A stretch of 64,000 bases of DNA. Origin: Alphaproteobacteria bacterium. Its GTDB lineage: Bacteria; Pseudomonadota; Alphaproteobacteria; UBA828. The notes beneath the pieces were generated by a model that was not told where the DNA came from, did no database searches, and worked only from the letters and a program-made list of their open reading frames with translations. Location of the stretch: assembly GCA_965214705.1 (NCBI GenBank), contig OZ243972.1:2336001-2400000 (forward strand). Reading direction: 5' to 3'. Positions within the stretch are counted from its first letter, which is position 1. Every line of letters begins with the position of its first letter. Positions 18,866 to 29,383 of this stretch are shown piece after piece. The position numbers were made by a program, and so were the translations under genes.

Positions 18866-18969
18866 CCCATCTCCCTCCTTGTTGCCCCGTGCCGGCGGCC
18901 GGCCAGGGGCCTGGATCATAGGGCCAGAGCCCGAATTATACAATTTGCGCCCGGTTGGCCGGGTCCCGC

Positions 18970-21120
18970 TCAGTGGCGCGCGCGCTCCCGCTCGACGCTG
19001 CTCACCGACGTCACCGCCCGCAGGGCAGCCACGATGTTGCCGAGGTGTCTCGCGTCCTTGACCTCGATATCGACCAGCATCTCGAAGAAATCGAGCGAGC
19101 GATTGGTGATCTTGAGGTTGCTGATGTTGCCATTGTTCTTGGCGATGGCCGTGGTCAGCTTGCTGAGGCTGCCGGTCTCGTTGGCGACCACTAGGTTGAG
19201 GCGGCCGACGTGGACGCCCTTCTCGTCCGCGTCCGCCTCCCAGGCAAGGTCGAGCCAGCGTTCGGGCGTGTCGCTGAAGCTCTCCAGCGTGTCGCAGTCG
19301 ATGGTGTGGATCGTCACGCCCTTGCCGGTGGTGACGATGCCGACGATGCGCTCGCCGGGCAGCGGATTGCAGCATTCGGCGAGGTGCACGGCCATGCCCG
19401 GAATCAGCCCGCGCACGGGAATGCCACTGTCGCCGGCCTTGGTTCCGCGCCGGCCGCGCGCGACCGAGAGCGCACGGCGGGCGATGCCTTGGAGCCTGCG
19501 GGCGGGGAAGAGCGCGTCCTCCACCTCGCCGCTGGTGAGGTCACCGCGACCGAGAGCCGCCAACAGGTCGCCCACAGAACGCTGCTTGAGCTGCGAGAGC
19601 GCGTCCTCCAGCAGCTTCTCGGAATAGTCCGCGCCGGCCTCTCGACAGAGTTTCTCGGCGACGGCCCGGCCGAGGGTGATGAACTGCTCCCGCTCCTTGA
19701 GCCGGGTGAAGCGGCGGATGCAGGTTCGCGCCTTGCCAGTCACGACAAAGCTTTCCCAGTCGGGCTGCGGTTGTGGCACGCTGGAGCGCAGAATCTCCAC
19801 CTGATCGCCGTTCTCCAACTGGGTCCAGAGCGGCACCATGCGCCCGTTGACCTTGGCGCCGACCGTGGTGTCGCCCACATCGGTGTGCACCGCGTAGGCA
19901 AAATCGACCGGCGTCGCTCCACGCGGGAGCGTGATCAGCGCTCCCCGGGGCGAGAAGCAGAACACCTCGTCCCGAAACATCTCGAGCTTGGCGTGCTCAA
20001 GCAGCTCCTCCGGCCCCGAGGCCTTGTCGAGGATCTCGAGCAGGGGGCGAAGCCAGCGCTGTTGACGGTCGTCGTGAACGTCCCCCGCTTGCTTGAACAG
20101 CCAATGGGCGGCGACGCCGTACTCGGCCTCCTCGTGCATGTCGCGGGTGCGGATCTGGATCTCGATGCGCCGCTGCTCGGGACCGAGCACCGCGGTGTGG
20201 AGCGAGCGGTAGCCGTTGGGCTTGGGCGTCGAGATGTAGTCCTTGAAGCGGCCCGGCACCATCGGATAGGCGCGATGCACGATGCCGAGCGCCCGGTAGC
20301 AATCCTCCTCGTCTTCGGTGACGACGCGAAAGCCCACGATGTCGGTGAGCTGCTCGAAGGCGAGCTTCTTGCGCTGCATCTTTTGCCAGATGGAGTAGGG
20401 CCGCTTCTCACGGCCCGTGACGGTCGCCCGCAGTCGCTTGCTTCGGAGCGTCTCGGTGAGGGATTCGGTGACCCGCTCCACCATGCCGCCGGCCTGGTCG
20501 CGGAGCGCCTTGAGCCGTGTCTCCATGGTGTGGAAGCCGTCGGAGTTGAGCTCCTTGAAGGCGAGATCTTCCAGCTCCGCCTTGAAGGCCTGGAGCCCGA
20601 TCCGTTCCGCGAGCGGCGCGTAGATCTCCATGGTCTCCCTGGCGATCCGCTGCCGCTTCTTGTCGCTTGGCACATAGTGCAGCGTGCGCATGTTGTGGAG
20701 GCGATCGGCGAGCTTGACCAGGAGAACGCGGATGTCCTCCGAGAGCGCGAGCAGGAACTTGCGCAAGTTCTCGGCCTGATGCGCCTGGTCCGACTGTAGA
20801 TCCAGCCGGCTCAGCTTGGTCACGCCGTCGACGAGCCGGGCGGTCTCCTCGCCGAAGAGGTCGCTGATTTCCTCGATGGTGGCGACCGTGTCCTCCACGG
20901 TGTCGTGGAGCAGGGCGGTCGCGATCGATGTGCTGTCCAGCTTGAGCTGCGTCAGGATGCCGGCGACCTCGATCGGATGGGCGAAATAGGGGTCGCCGCT
21001 GGCGCGGGTCTGCGTCCCGTGCGCCTTCATGGAAAAGACGTAGGCGCGATTCAGCAGAGCTTCGTCCGCGGAGGGCTCGTAGCTCTTGACGCGTTCGACG
21101 AGTTCGTATTGCCGGATCAC
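18970..21120 (-). CDS. spoT: Bifunctional (p)ppGpp synthetase/hydrolase (RelA/SpoT homolog)
   Basis: HD domain [38 protein letters not shown], plus TGS and ACT domains. Confidence 0.97.
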   Translation of the reverse strand: MIRQYELVERVKSYEPSADEALLNRAYVFSMKAHGTQTRASGDPYFAHPIEVAGILTQLKLDSTSIATALLHDTVEDTVATIEEISDLFGEETARLVDGVTKLSRLDLQSDQAHQAENLRKFLLALSEDIRVLLVKLADRLHNMRTLHYVPSDKKRQRIARETMEIYAPLAERIGLQAFKAELEDLAFKELNSDGFHTMETRLKALRDQAGGMVERVTESLTETLRSKRLRATVTGREKRPYSIWQKMQRKKLAFEQLTDIVGFRVVTEDEEDCYRALGIVHRAYPMVPGRFKDYISTPKPNGYRSLHTAVLGPEQRRIEIQIRTRDMHEEAEYGVAAHWLFKQAGDVHDDRQQRWLRPLLEILDKASGPEELLEHAKLEMFRDEVFCFSPRGALITLPRGATPVDFAYAVHTDVGDTTVGAKVNGRMVPLWTQLENGDQVEILRSSVPQPQPDWESFVVTGKARTCIRRFTRLKEREQFITLGRAVAEKLCREAGADYSEKLLEDALSQLKQRSVGDLLAALGRGDLTSGEVEDALFPARRLQGIARRALSVARGRRGTKAGDSGIPVRGLIPGMAVHLAECCNPLPGERIVGIVTTGKGVTIHTIDCDTLESFSDTPERWLDLAWEADADEKGVHVGRLNLVVANETGSLSKLTTAIAKNNGNISNLKITNRSLDFFEMLVDIEVKDARHLGNIVAALRAVTSVSSVERERARH

Positions 21121-21205
21121 GTCCGCTGACGCGCCAGGCCGGCGCCGGCGGAAATCCTCAGTGAGGGCGGCGACCCTGCCGCGCCCGATGCGCCGCCGGC
21201 CGGCG

Positions 21206-21607
21206 CTACTCCTCCAGTTCCGCCGCCGTTTCTGCCTCGACCGCCGGCTCTTCTGCCGGCTCGTCCTCGCCGTCGGGCGCTCCGGCCTCCTCCTCGACGG
21301 GCGCGGACTGGCCGGTTACGCCGGCCCAGGCAGCCTCGGCCGCCAGCACCGCCATGGCATCCTCGTCCGGCTCGTCGATCTCGGTGTCTACCTCGCGCCC
21401 GTGCTCCAGCTCGTGGCGGAGCGTCTCGAGATCGATCGTCTCGTCGGCGATTTCGCGGAGCGCGATGACGGCGTTCTTGTCGTTGTCCTTCTCGACCGTG
21501 AGCTCCGCGCCGGAACGGATGTCGCGGGCGCGCTGCGCGGCGAGCAGCACCAGCTCGAACCGGTTCGGCACCAGGCCAACGCAGTCTTCGACCGTCACGC
21601 GTGCCAT
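21206..21607 (-). CDS. rpoZ: RNA polymerase omega subunit
   Basis: MARVTVEDC...[14 protein letters not shown]...[12 protein letters not shown]. Confidence 0.97.
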   Translation of the reverse strand: MARVTVEDCVGLVPNRFELVLLAAQRARDIRSGAELTVEKDNDKNAVIALREIADETIDLETLRHELEHGREVDTEIDEPDEDAMAVLAAEAAWAGVTGQSAPVEEEAGAPDGEDEPAEEPAVEAETAAELEE

Positions 21608-21712
21608 AGGTCGCACTCCTCATGTGAGCCGAACCTGCTCCGGCTCGGCGGCGCGTCACCGTATCCGCAGGGCCTGCCGGATGCAAGCATCACCGCCATT
21701 TGTGGCGCGCGG

Positions 21713-22423
21713 TCACGTGGCGAGCAAGCGAAACAAGCGTTCGGCGTCCGCAGCGTCCCGGGCGACGCGGGCGCAGCGGGCGGCGAGCTCCGCGTCATCG
21801 CCCCAGCGCTCGAGTTGGTAGCGCTCATCGACCAGAGACGCATCGGCGGCGGCCTCAGCATCGAGCCGGCCCTCGCGCATGGCGAGCGCAATCACCAGTG
21901 AGCCGAAGCTCCGGGTCACAAGGCTGAGCCCGGCGAGGGTGAAGTCGTCCTCGCCCGCCACTGCGTTGCGCAGGGCTTCGAGCGCCTCCGGCGCCTGGGC
22001 AATTGGGGTGATCGCACTCGTCACCGCAAGGCGGGCGCCGTAACGCGCGACCGACCACGTCACCAAGGGCTCCCAAGCGGCGGCCTGGCGGCGGGCGAGC
22101 GCTGGCGGCGCGTCGGTCCGATAGCAGACCAGATCGGTCTCGGCGTAGGCCGCGATCTCGGCCACGATGTCGGCCCGCCGCTCCGGCACCAGGTCGAGCG
22201 CGGTGCAGACGAGGCGGGTGAGCGGCATGGTCTCGCGGTCGATGGTCTCACCCTGCGCCGCCCATTCCCCGGCGACGGCAGTCGCGAGCGCTGCGCCCGA
22301 TACCGCGAGCGGCCGGCCGGCCGGGGTGCGCACGGGCTTGCCGTCGAGCGCGATGCCGTGCCCGCCGTCGGCCTCCACTGCCTCCGCCGTCTTGTAGAAG
22401 CGCTTCGGCTTGGCGGCGTTCAC
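21713..22423 (-). CDS. ATP12-family chaperone
   Basis: KRFYK, LDGKPVRTP, EWAAQ, MPLTRL, ETDLVCYR, QLERWGDD. Confidence 0.92.
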   Translation of the reverse strand: MNAAKPKRFYKTAEAVEADGGHGIALDGKPVRTPAGRPLAVSGAALATAVAGEWAAQGETIDRETMPLTRLVCTALDLVPERRADIVAEIAAYAETDLVCYRTDAPPALARRQAAAWEPLVTWSVARYGARLAVTSAITPIAQAPEALEALRNAVAGEDDFTLAGLSLVTRSFGSLVIALAMREGRLDAEAAADASLVDERYQLERWGDDAELAARCARVARDAADAERLFRLLAT

Positions 22424-23412
22424 GGCGCGTCCTCGAAGGGCGCGAAGTCGTCGCCGGCGGGCGCCGGATCGAAGCCGAGAAAGCGCCACGCGGCGGCCAT
22501 GTGCGGCGGCAGTGGCGCGGTGAGGACCAGCGGCACCCCACGCTTGCGCGGCAGTTCGAGCGCGCGGGCGTGGAGGTGCAGGCGCGGCTCGAACCCGGCC
22601 GGGAACGCCGCCTCGCCGCCGTACTTGCCGTCGCCCACGACGGGATGGCCGAAGACCGAGGCGGTGTGCGCCCGTAGCTGGTGGGTGCGGCCCGTGCGCG
22701 GCATGAGCGCGAGCCAGGAGAGGCGGCGGCCGGCCGCCTCGATTAGCGCGTAGTCCGTGATCGCGCGCTGACCGCCTTCGGCGGTCGCGACCACCCGCTC
22801 GCCATCGCCCACCTGACGCTTGGCGAGCGGCGCGTCGATCCGCCCCTGCGCCGGCTTCGGCACGCCGACGACCAGCGCCCAGTAGAGCTTGCGCAGGCTG
22901 CGCGAGCGGAACAGCTTGGTCAGGTCGCGGGCCGCAGCGGCGTGGCGGGCGAGCAGCAGGACGCCGCTGGTGTCGCGGTCAAGCCGGTGGACCAGGCGGG
23001 GCGCCTCGGCCGCGTCGAAGCGGAGCGCGCCGAGCAGCCCGTCGAGGTGGCGGGCGACCCGGCTGCCGCCCTGCACCGGCAGGCCGGGCGGCTTGTTGAG
23101 CGCGATCATGTCGGCATCGCGGTAGATGACCGCCGCCCGCATCATGGCGGCGTCTTCGTCGGCCAGCGGCGGCGCGGAGCGGCGCGGCGCCCGGCCCTCG
23201 TCCCGATCGGGCAGGGGCGGCACGCGCACCCGGTCGCCGGGCGCAAGCCGTGTGCCGGCGCGGGCGCGCTTGCCATTGACGCGGATCTGGCCGGTGCGCA
23301 GCAGCTTCTCCAGCCGGCCGTGGCCGAGCGCGGGGTAGTGCCGCTTGAACCAGCGGTCGAGCCGCTGGTCGCCGTCCTCCGGCGCGATCTCCAGGGTGGC
23401 GATGCCGCCCAC
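22420..23412 (-). CDS. RluA-family pseudouridine synthase (RluC-like)
   Basis: S4 domain RLDRWF, NKPPGLPVQGG, HRLDRDTSG, TGRTHQLRAH. Confidence 0.93.
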   Translation of the reverse strand: MGGIATLEIAPEDGDQRLDRWFKRHYPALGHGRLEKLLRTGQIRVNGKRARAGTRLAPGDRVRVPPLPDRDEGRAPRRSAPPLADEDAAMMRAAVIYRDADMIALNKPPGLPVQGGSRVARHLDGLLGALRFDAAEAPRLVHRLDRDTSGVLLLARHAAAARDLTKLFRSRSLRKLYWALVVGVPKPAQGRIDAPLAKRQVGDGERVVATAEGGQRAITDYALIEAAGRRLSWLALMPRTGRTHQLRAHTASVFGHPVVGDGKYGGEAAFPAGFEPRLHLHARALELPRKRGVPLVLTAPLPPHMAAAWRFLGFDPAPAGDDFAPFEDAP

Positions 23413-23414
23413 AG

Positions 23415-23804
23415 TCAGAGCACCGCGCGGATCAGGCGTAGCCCGCAGTAGAACCCGCCGACCGAAAGCACGACCGAGAGCACGATGTAGAGCAGCGCCC
23501 GGCCGACCTCGCCCCGCTCCAGCAACGCGATGCTGTCCGCCGAGAAGGCGGAGAAGGTGGTGAAGCCGCCGAGCAGGCCCACGAAGAGGAAGCGCTGCAC
23601 CACCTCGCCCGCGTCGAAGGCAACCGCGAGCCCGTGCACCAGCGCGCCCAGGATGAACGAGCCCACGACGTTCACCGTCAGCGTGCCGTAAGGGAAGCCC
23701 CCGCCGATCAGCGACGCGAGCCAGCGCTCGGCCGCGCCCATGACGTAGTAGCGCCCGACCGAGCCCAGTGCGCCGCCCAGCGCGATGGCGAGCGCGACCT
23801 TCAC
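23415..23804 (-). CDS. crcB: Fluoride channel CrcB/FluC
   Basis: GGALGSVGRY, FPYGTLTVN, GLLGGFTTFSAFS. Confidence 0.95.
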   Translation of the reverse strand: MKVALAIALGGALGSVGRYYVMGAAERWLASLIGGGFPYGTLTVNVVGSFILGALVHGLAVAFDAGEVVQRFLFVGLLGGFTTFSAFSADSIALLERGEVGRALLYIVLSVVLSVGGFYCGLRLIRAVL

Positions 23805-25123
23805 GCTTCGTCCTCCGGCCCGGCGTCGCCGCCTTCGCGCAGCTTCTGCCAGTAGGCGAGGCGCTTTCGCACCTCCCGCTCGAAGCCTCGCTCGCGCGGC
23901 GCGTAGAAGCTCTGCCGCGGTAGCCCCTCGGGAAAGTAGTCCTGGCCCGAGAAGCCTTCCTCGGTGTCGTGGTCGTAGACGTAGCCCTTGCTGTAGCCGA
24001 GATCCTTCATCAGCCGCGTCGGCGCGTTGAGGATGTGCTTGGGCGGCATCAGCGAGCCGGTCTCGCGCGCAACTTGCATCGCCCGCCCAAGCGCGCGGTA
24101 GCTCGCGTTCGATTTCGCGGCGGTGCCGAGATAGATCACGGTCTGGGCGATGGCGAGCTCGCCTTCTGGCGAGCCCAGCCGCTCGTATGCCTCCCAGCCG
24201 GCGAGCGCCTGCGGCAGCGCGTCCGGGTCGGCGAGCCCCACGTCCTCGACCGCGAAGCGCACCAGGCGCCGCGCGATGTAGCGCGGGTCCTCGCCGCCGG
24301 CGAGCATGCGCGCGAGCCAGTAGAGCGCCGCGTCCGTGTCCGAGCCGCGCAGCGACTTGTGCAGCGCCGAGATCAGGTTGTAGTGGCCCTCCTGCGACTT
24401 GTCGTAGAGGGGCGCGCGGCGCTGCACGGTCTCCATCAGCTGCGGCACGTCGAGCGGCGCGGTGGCGCCCGCCGCGAACAGCGCCTCGGCCATGTTGATG
24501 AGCGCGCGGCCGTCGCCGTCGGCCATGGCGCGCAGCATGGGACGGGCGTCGGGCTCGAGCGGGAGCGTGCGGCCCTCGGCCTCCTCGCAGCGGATGAGCA
24601 GCGTCTCCAGCGCGCTGTCGTCCAGCCGGTTGAGCACCAGCACCGCGCAGCGCGAGAGCAGGGCACCGTTGAGCTCGAACGAAGGGTTCTCGGTGGTGGC
24701 GCCGACGAGAACCACGGTTCCGTCCTCGACCACGGGCAGGAACGCGTCCTGCTGCGCCCGGTTGAAGCGATGAATCTCGTCGACGAAGAGCAGGGTGCCG
24801 GTGCCGCCGGCGCGGTGTTCGCGCGCATCGGCGAACACCTTGCGCAGCTCGGTGACGCCGGAGAAGACCGCGCTCAGCGGCGCGAACAGCATGTCCGTGT
24901 GATCGGCGAGCAAGCGCGCGATGGTGGTCTTGCCGCAGCCAGGCGGCCCCCAGAGGACGGTCGACGCCAGCGCGCCGCTCGCCACCATCCGCCCCAGCGG
25001 GCCGTCGGGGCGAAGCAGATGGTCCTGCCCCACCACCTCGTCGAGCGTGACCGGCCGCAGTCGGTCGGCCAGCGGCCTCGGCGCTGCGTCCTCGAACAGA
25101 CTCGGCGCATCCTGGGGTGTCAT
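23801..25123 (-). CDS. rarA: Replication-associated recombination protein A
   Basis: PLADRLRP, WGPPGCGKTT, DEIHRFNRAQQD, HYNLISALHKSLRGSD. Confidence 0.96.
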   Translation of the reverse strand: MTPQDAPSLFEDAAPRPLADRLRPVTLDEVVGQDHLLRPDGPLGRMVASGALASTVLWGPPGCGKTTIARLLADHTDMLFAPLSAVFSGVTELRKVFADAREHRAGGTGTLLFVDEIHRFNRAQQDAFLPVVEDGTVVLVGATTENPSFELNGALLSRCAVLVLNRLDDSALETLLIRCEEAEGRTLPLEPDARPMLRAMADGDGRALINMAEALFAAGATAPLDVPQLMETVQRRAPLYDKSQEGHYNLISALHKSLRGSDTDAALYWLARMLAGGEDPRYIARRLVRFAVEDVGLADPDALPQALAGWEAYERLGSPEGELAIAQTVIYLGTAAKSNASYRALGRAMQVARETGSLMPPKHILNAPTRLMKDLGYSKGYVYDHDTEEGFSGQDYFPEGLPRQSFYAPRERGFEREVRKRLAYWQKLREGGDAGPEDEA

Positions 25124-25181
25124 GGCGCGAGTCTACGCGCTCCGCCGGCGCGGCGCAGCCGACCTCAGTACCGGGAGGCGC

Positions 25182-25814
25182 TCAGTCCGGCGGCAGGTTG
25201 ACGGCGGCCACGCGCCAGGCCTGGCCCCTGGCGGGCCCGTCCACGTGGTCGATCCGGGTGATCGAGAGATTGTCGATGCTGAAGGCGAGCGCGCGCTCCG
25301 CATCGAGGCCGAGCGCGAGCGCCAAGGCGGCTCGGATCGAGCCGCCGTGGGCCACGGCCACGATGTCCCGGCCGGCGTGCTGCGTCGTACTGCGCTCGAC
25401 CGCGGCGGTGACGCGCTCGACAACCTGGACGAAGCTCTCGCCCTCCGGCGGCGTGATGTGCGCAGGCGCGACCCAGTACTTGTGGGCGAGGCCGCTGCCC
25501 CGCTCGGAGGCGACCTCGCTCCAGGTGAGGCCATGCCAGGCGCCGAAATCCTGCTCGTCCAGGTCCGCCTCGATGACCCGCTCCGGCACCGCGTGGCCGG
25601 CCTCGGCAATCGCATCGGCGGTCTGGTGGGTGCGCAGCAGGTTGCTGGTGAGCCACACGGCATCCTGCGGCAGCGCGCGGGCCAGCCCTTCGAAACGCGG
25701 CCGCTCGCTGGTGTTCGCGGGCACGTTGGTGCGGCCGTAGAGCCGGCCGCCGTGGTCGGTGACGGGTGCGTGGCGCACCCACCACCACCGGGTCACAGTT
25801 GTCGAGGTGGTCAT
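25182..25814 (-). CDS. Histidine phosphatase family protein (alpha-ribazole phosphatase-like)
   Basis: WVRHA, EQDFGAW, PEGESF, VAHGGSIRA; coupled to cobS by an ATGA overlap. Confidence 0.85.
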   Translation of the reverse strand: MTTSTTVTRWWWVRHAPVTDHGGRLYGRTNVPANTSERPRFEGLARALPQDAVWLTSNLLRTHQTADAIAEAGHAVPERVIEADLDEQDFGAWHGLTWSEVASERGSGLAHKYWVAPAHITPPEGESFVQVVERVTAAVERSTTQHAGRDIVAVAHGGSIRAALALALGLDAERALAFSIDNLSITRIDHVDGPARGQAWRVAAVNLPPD

Positions 25815-26617
25815 CGAACCGCCGCAAGCGTGAGTAGGAACAGGACTTCGGAGAACTGCTGGACGCCGCCCAGAACGTCCCCAGTGTGGCCGCCGACCTG
25901 TCGTTCCGCAAGCCAGGCGACTGCGGCGGTGCCGATTCCCGCGATGAGGAAGGCGACCAGCCCGCTCCAGGTCAGCAGGCCCACGGCGAGCACCGCCGCG
26001 AGCGCCAGCCCGGTCCACACGTGGGTCGACGGCGGGCGGCCGGCATCGGCGGCGAGGCCGTCGTCCCGTGCCGGGTCCAGCCAGAGCATCACCGCCGGCA
26101 TCGCCGCGCGCGAGACTCCGGCAGCGGCGACCATGGCGGCGATCACCAGGCCGGTCCCGCCAAGGTCGGCGATGGCGCCCACCTTGGCCGCCAGCACCAC
26201 CACCAGCACGATCACGCCGTAGGCGCCGATGCGGCTGTCCCGCATGATCGCGAGCTTGCGCTCCCGCGTGCTGCCGCCGCCGAAGCCGTCCGCCATGTCG
26301 GCGAGGCCGTCCTCGTGCAGCGCGCCGGTGATCAGCGCGCCGGCGCCCACGGCGAGCACCGCCGCCACAATGTCGGGCAGGCCGATTCCTGCGGCGATCG
26401 CATAGACGATCCCCGCGACGAGCCCGATCAGCGCGCCCACGATGGGGAAGGCGCGAACGGCGCGCCCGAGGGACGGTGCATCGCCCTCGGGCCGCGCCGC
26501 CCTCAGCGGCACCCGCGTGAGGAAGAGCATGGCGGCGCGAAGGTCGCTCCGCCAGAGCCGCACCGCGCGGTACGCCTTCTGTTGGAGGGGAGCCTCGTCG
26601 CCGTCGTCGTAACGCAT
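25811..26617 (-). CDS. cobS: Adenosylcobinamide-GDP ribazoletransferase (cobalamin synthase)
   Basis: FLTRVP, TGALHEDGLADMADG, IMRDSRIGAYG, GGHTGDVLG. Confidence 0.93.
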   Translation of the reverse strand: MRYDDGDEAPLQQKAYRAVRLWRSDLRAAMLFLTRVPLRAARPEGDAPSLGRAVRAFPIVGALIGLVAGIVYAIAAGIGLPDIVAAVLAVGAGALITGALHEDGLADMADGFGGGSTRERKLAIMRDSRIGAYGVIVLVVVLAAKVGAIADLGGTGLVIAAMVAAAGVSRAAMPAVMLWLDPARDDGLAADAGRPPSTHVWTGLALAAVLAVGLLTWSGLVAFLIAGIGTAAVAWLAERQVGGHTGDVLGGVQQFSEVLFLLTLAAVR

Positions 26618-26737
26618 CTGCCTCTTGCCCGGGCTGCCCCGGCCCGGCATCCTCCCCCGGCCTTATAGGCTAGCGCGCTGTTGCCGCCAAGAAACCCCAC
26701 GTTTTCCCCCTTGCGGCAACCGGCCTGCGGAACCGCC

Positions 26738-27766
26738 ATGCCCGATGACGTCCAGCTCGGTTCGTTGACCGCCTTCCGGGCGCGTGTGCGCGCCATGCCG
26801 GGGCCGGACGAGGCGGCGGCCGAGCGGGCACGGGCGCACGATGCGCAGCTCACCAAGCCGGCCGGCGCCCTCGGCCGGCTCGAAGCCCTCGCCCAATGGG
26901 CCGCCGCGTGGCAGGGGCGCCATCCGCCGCGCGCAGAGCGCATCCAGGTCGTCGTCTTCGCCGGCAATCACGGGGTCGCGGCGCGCGGAGTCTCGGCCTA
27001 TCCCCCGGCGGTCACGGCGCAGATGGTGGCCAACTTCGAGGCGGGCGGAGCCGCGATCAATCAGCTCTGCGACGTGCTGGGTGCAGAATTGACGGTGATG
27101 CCTCTCGACCTCGACCGGCCGACCGACGACATGACGCTAGCGCCGGCGCTCGGCGAGGCAGACTGCGTCGCGGCGTTGGAGGCGGGGATAGCCGCGGTCG
27201 ACGAGGGCGCCGACCTGCTTTGCCTCGGCGAGATGGGGATCGGCAATACCACTGCCGCAGCCGCGCTCGCGGCGGCGCTCTGCGGTGGGGACGGCGCCAC
27301 CTGGGTGGGGCCAGGGACCGGGGTCGATTCCGACGGGCTCGCGTGCAAGGCGGCCGTCGTTGATGCGGCGCTCGCGCGGCACGCCGAAGCACGCCGCGAT
27401 CCGCTGGCCGCGCTCGGCTGCGTCGGTGGGCGGGAGCTTGCGGCGATCGCGGGCGCGGTCGTCCAGGCGCGGCACGCCCGCGTGCCTGTGCTGCTCGACG
27501 GCTTCGCCTGCACCGCGGCGGCAGCGGTCATCGCGAAGCTGCGGGACGACGGTCTCGACCACGCACAGGTCGCCCACCGCTCCGCAGAGCCGGGACATCG
27601 GCATTTGCTGGAGTCTCTGGCGATTGAGCCGTTGCTCGATCTCGGCTTGCGGCTCGGCGAGGCCTCGGGCGCAGCGCTCGCCGCCGCTCTGGTGCGCATG
27701 GCGGTGGCCACGCACAACGGCATGGCGACCTTCGATTCAGCGGGAGTCAGCGGTCCGGCGGAATAA
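26738..27766 (+). CDS. cobT: Nicotinate-nucleotide-dimethylbenzimidazole phosphoribosyltransferase
   Basis: LTKPAGALGRLE, FAGNHGV, GEMGIGNTT, LRLGEASGA. Confidence 0.94.
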   Translation: MPDDVQLGSLTAFRARVRAMPGPDEAAAERARAHDAQLTKPAGALGRLEALAQWAAAWQGRHPPRAERIQVVVFAGNHGVAARGVSAYPPAVTAQMVANFEAGGAAINQLCDVLGAELTVMPLDLDRPTDDMTLAPALGEADCVAALEAGIAAVDEGADLLCLGEMGIGNTTAAAALAAALCGGDGATWVGPGTGVDSDGLACKAAVVDAALARHAEARRDPLAALGCVGGRELAAIAGAVVQARHARVPVLLDGFACTAAAAVIAKLRDDGLDHAQVAHRSAEPGHRHLLESLAIEPLLDLGLRLGEASGAALAAALVRMAVATHNGMATFDSAGVSGPAE

Positions 27767-27769
27767 TGG

Positions 27770-28600
27770 CTATTCGCCAATCTGATGTAGCAGGCCGCGT
27801 ATGCGGGCGCTGCGGAGGAAGGCGAGAAACGTGGCGATGCCGACCGCCATCCAGCCGATGTTGAGCGTGGTCGCCCGCATCATGTGATCGCCGCTGAAGG
27901 TGCCGTCCACCAGGAGCGCACGCATCCCCTCGAAGACATGGGCCGACGGGAGGATGGCGGCCACCGGCTCCAGCCAGTCCGGCAGGATCGAGAGCGGATA
28001 ATAGACGCAACTGAAAGGCGCCAGCGCGAAGATCAGGAACCAGGCCAGGCTCTCGGCGCCCAGGCCGTAGCGCAGCACCAGGCCGCAGACGAAGAAGCCC
28101 ACGGCCCAGCCCATCACGATCAGGTTCACGAAGAAGCCGATCAGCGCGAAACCGAGATCGAAGATCGAGAACGCGTAGAGCACGAAGGCGAGGCCCACCG
28201 CGCCGGTCATCCCGATCAGCGTGCGGATCAGGCTGATCAGCATGAGCGCGCAGATCAGCTCCCACGGCCGCAGCGGACTCACGAAGAGATGGCCCAGATT
28301 GCGCGCCCACATCTCCTCGATGAACACGAGGGAGAGGCCGATCTGGCCGCGGAACATCACGTCCCAGAGGATGACGCCTGCGAGCAGGACGCCTGCGGCC
28401 TGCGCGAACCACGTGCTGTTGGTGACGAGGAACATGGTGACGAGGCCCCAGATGATCATCTGTACCGTGGGCCAGTAGGTGAGCTCCAGCAGGCGCGGCC
28501 AGGAGCGCCGCAGCAGGTAGGTATGGCGCAGCACCATCGCACCGATCCGCTGTGCAGAACCGCTCCAGGGCAGGGCCCGTGCAGCACCGTCCCCCATCAT
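27770..28600 (-). CDS. ABC-2 type exporter permease
   Basis: Multi-TM protein with EEMWARNL and YYPLSILPDWL; adjacent to the ATPase gene. Confidence 0.85.
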   Translation of the reverse strand: MMGDGAARALPWSGSAQRIGAMVLRHTYLLRRSWPRLLELTYWPTVQMIIWGLVTMFLVTNSTWFAQAAGVLLAGVILWDVMFRGQIGLSLVFIEEMWARNLGHLFVSPLRPWELICALMLISLIRTLIGMTGAVGLAFVLYAFSIFDLGFALIGFFVNLIVMGWAVGFFVCGLVLRYGLGAESLAWFLIFALAPFSCVYYPLSILPDWLEPVAAILPSAHVFEGMRALLVDGTFSGDHMMRATTLNIGWMAVGIATFLAFLRSARIRGLLHQIGE

Positions 28601-29349
28601 TGCGCCGCCTCGTCGATGCCGGCGGTGCCGCGCACGATTTCGAGGAAGACCTCCTCCAGCGTGCTGCGGGCGTGGCGCTCGATCATGGCTTCGGGCGGGC
28701 CGCTCTCGACGATGCGACCACCTGCCATCACGAACACGTCGTCGCAGAGCCGCTCGACCTCGGCCATGTTGTGGGAGGCGAGCAGGATGGTGGCGCCGGT
28801 CTCGGCGCGATAGCGCTCGATCACGCCCCGCACCCAGTCGGCCGTGTCGGGGTCGAGCGAGGCGGAGGGCTCGTCAAGCAGCAGCAGCTCCGGATCGTTG
28901 AGCAGCGCCTTGGCGAGCGCGACGCGCGTGCGCTGCCCGGCCGAGAGCTTGCCCGTGGGCCGCTTGAGGAAGTCGCCGAGGTCGAGGGTCTCGGCCATCC
29001 GCTCGATCCGCTGCCGCACGCCGTCAAGGTTGTAGAGCCGGGCGTAGACGGTCAGGTTCTCGCGCACCGTGAGCCGGTGCGGCAGATCCGTGTAGGGCGA
29101 CGAAAAATTCATGCGCGGCAGCAGCGCGTAGCGGTTGGCCGCCAGGTCGTGGCCGAAGATGCGCACCGAGCCTGCGCTCGGCAGCAGCAGACCCAGAACC
29201 ATCGCCAGGGTGGTGGTCTTGCCGGCGCCGTTGGCGCCGAGCAGGGCGGCGGTCGCCCCGCGTCCGACCGCGAAGCTCACCGCATCGACGGCGGTCACCT
29301 TGCCGAAACGCTTGGTGAGGGCCTCGACCTCCAGGACGGGGCCGCTCAT
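28597..29349 (-). CDS. ABC transporter ATP-binding protein
   Basis: Walker A GANGAGKTT, LSAGQ signature, LLLDEP. Confidence 0.92.
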   Translation of the reverse strand: MSGPVLEVEALTKRFGKVTAVDAVSFAVGRGATAALLGANGAGKTTTLAMVLGLLLPSAGSVRIFGHDLAANRYALLPRMNFSSPYTDLPHRLTVRENLTVYARLYNLDGVRQRIERMAETLDLGDFLKRPTGKLSAGQRTRVALAKALLNDPELLLLDEPSASLDPDTADWVRGVIERYRAETGATILLASHNMAEVERLCDDVFVMAGGRIVESGPPEAMIERHARSTLEEVFLEIVRGTAGIDEAAQ

Positions 29350-29383
29350 CGCGGCCCCCGGTAACGTCCGGTCCGGGTCTCGC

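Noticed and set aside
18866-19375. 614-aa extended citrate synthase
   Set aside because: The extension overlaps spoT in another frame; a strong RBS supports GTG 18865.
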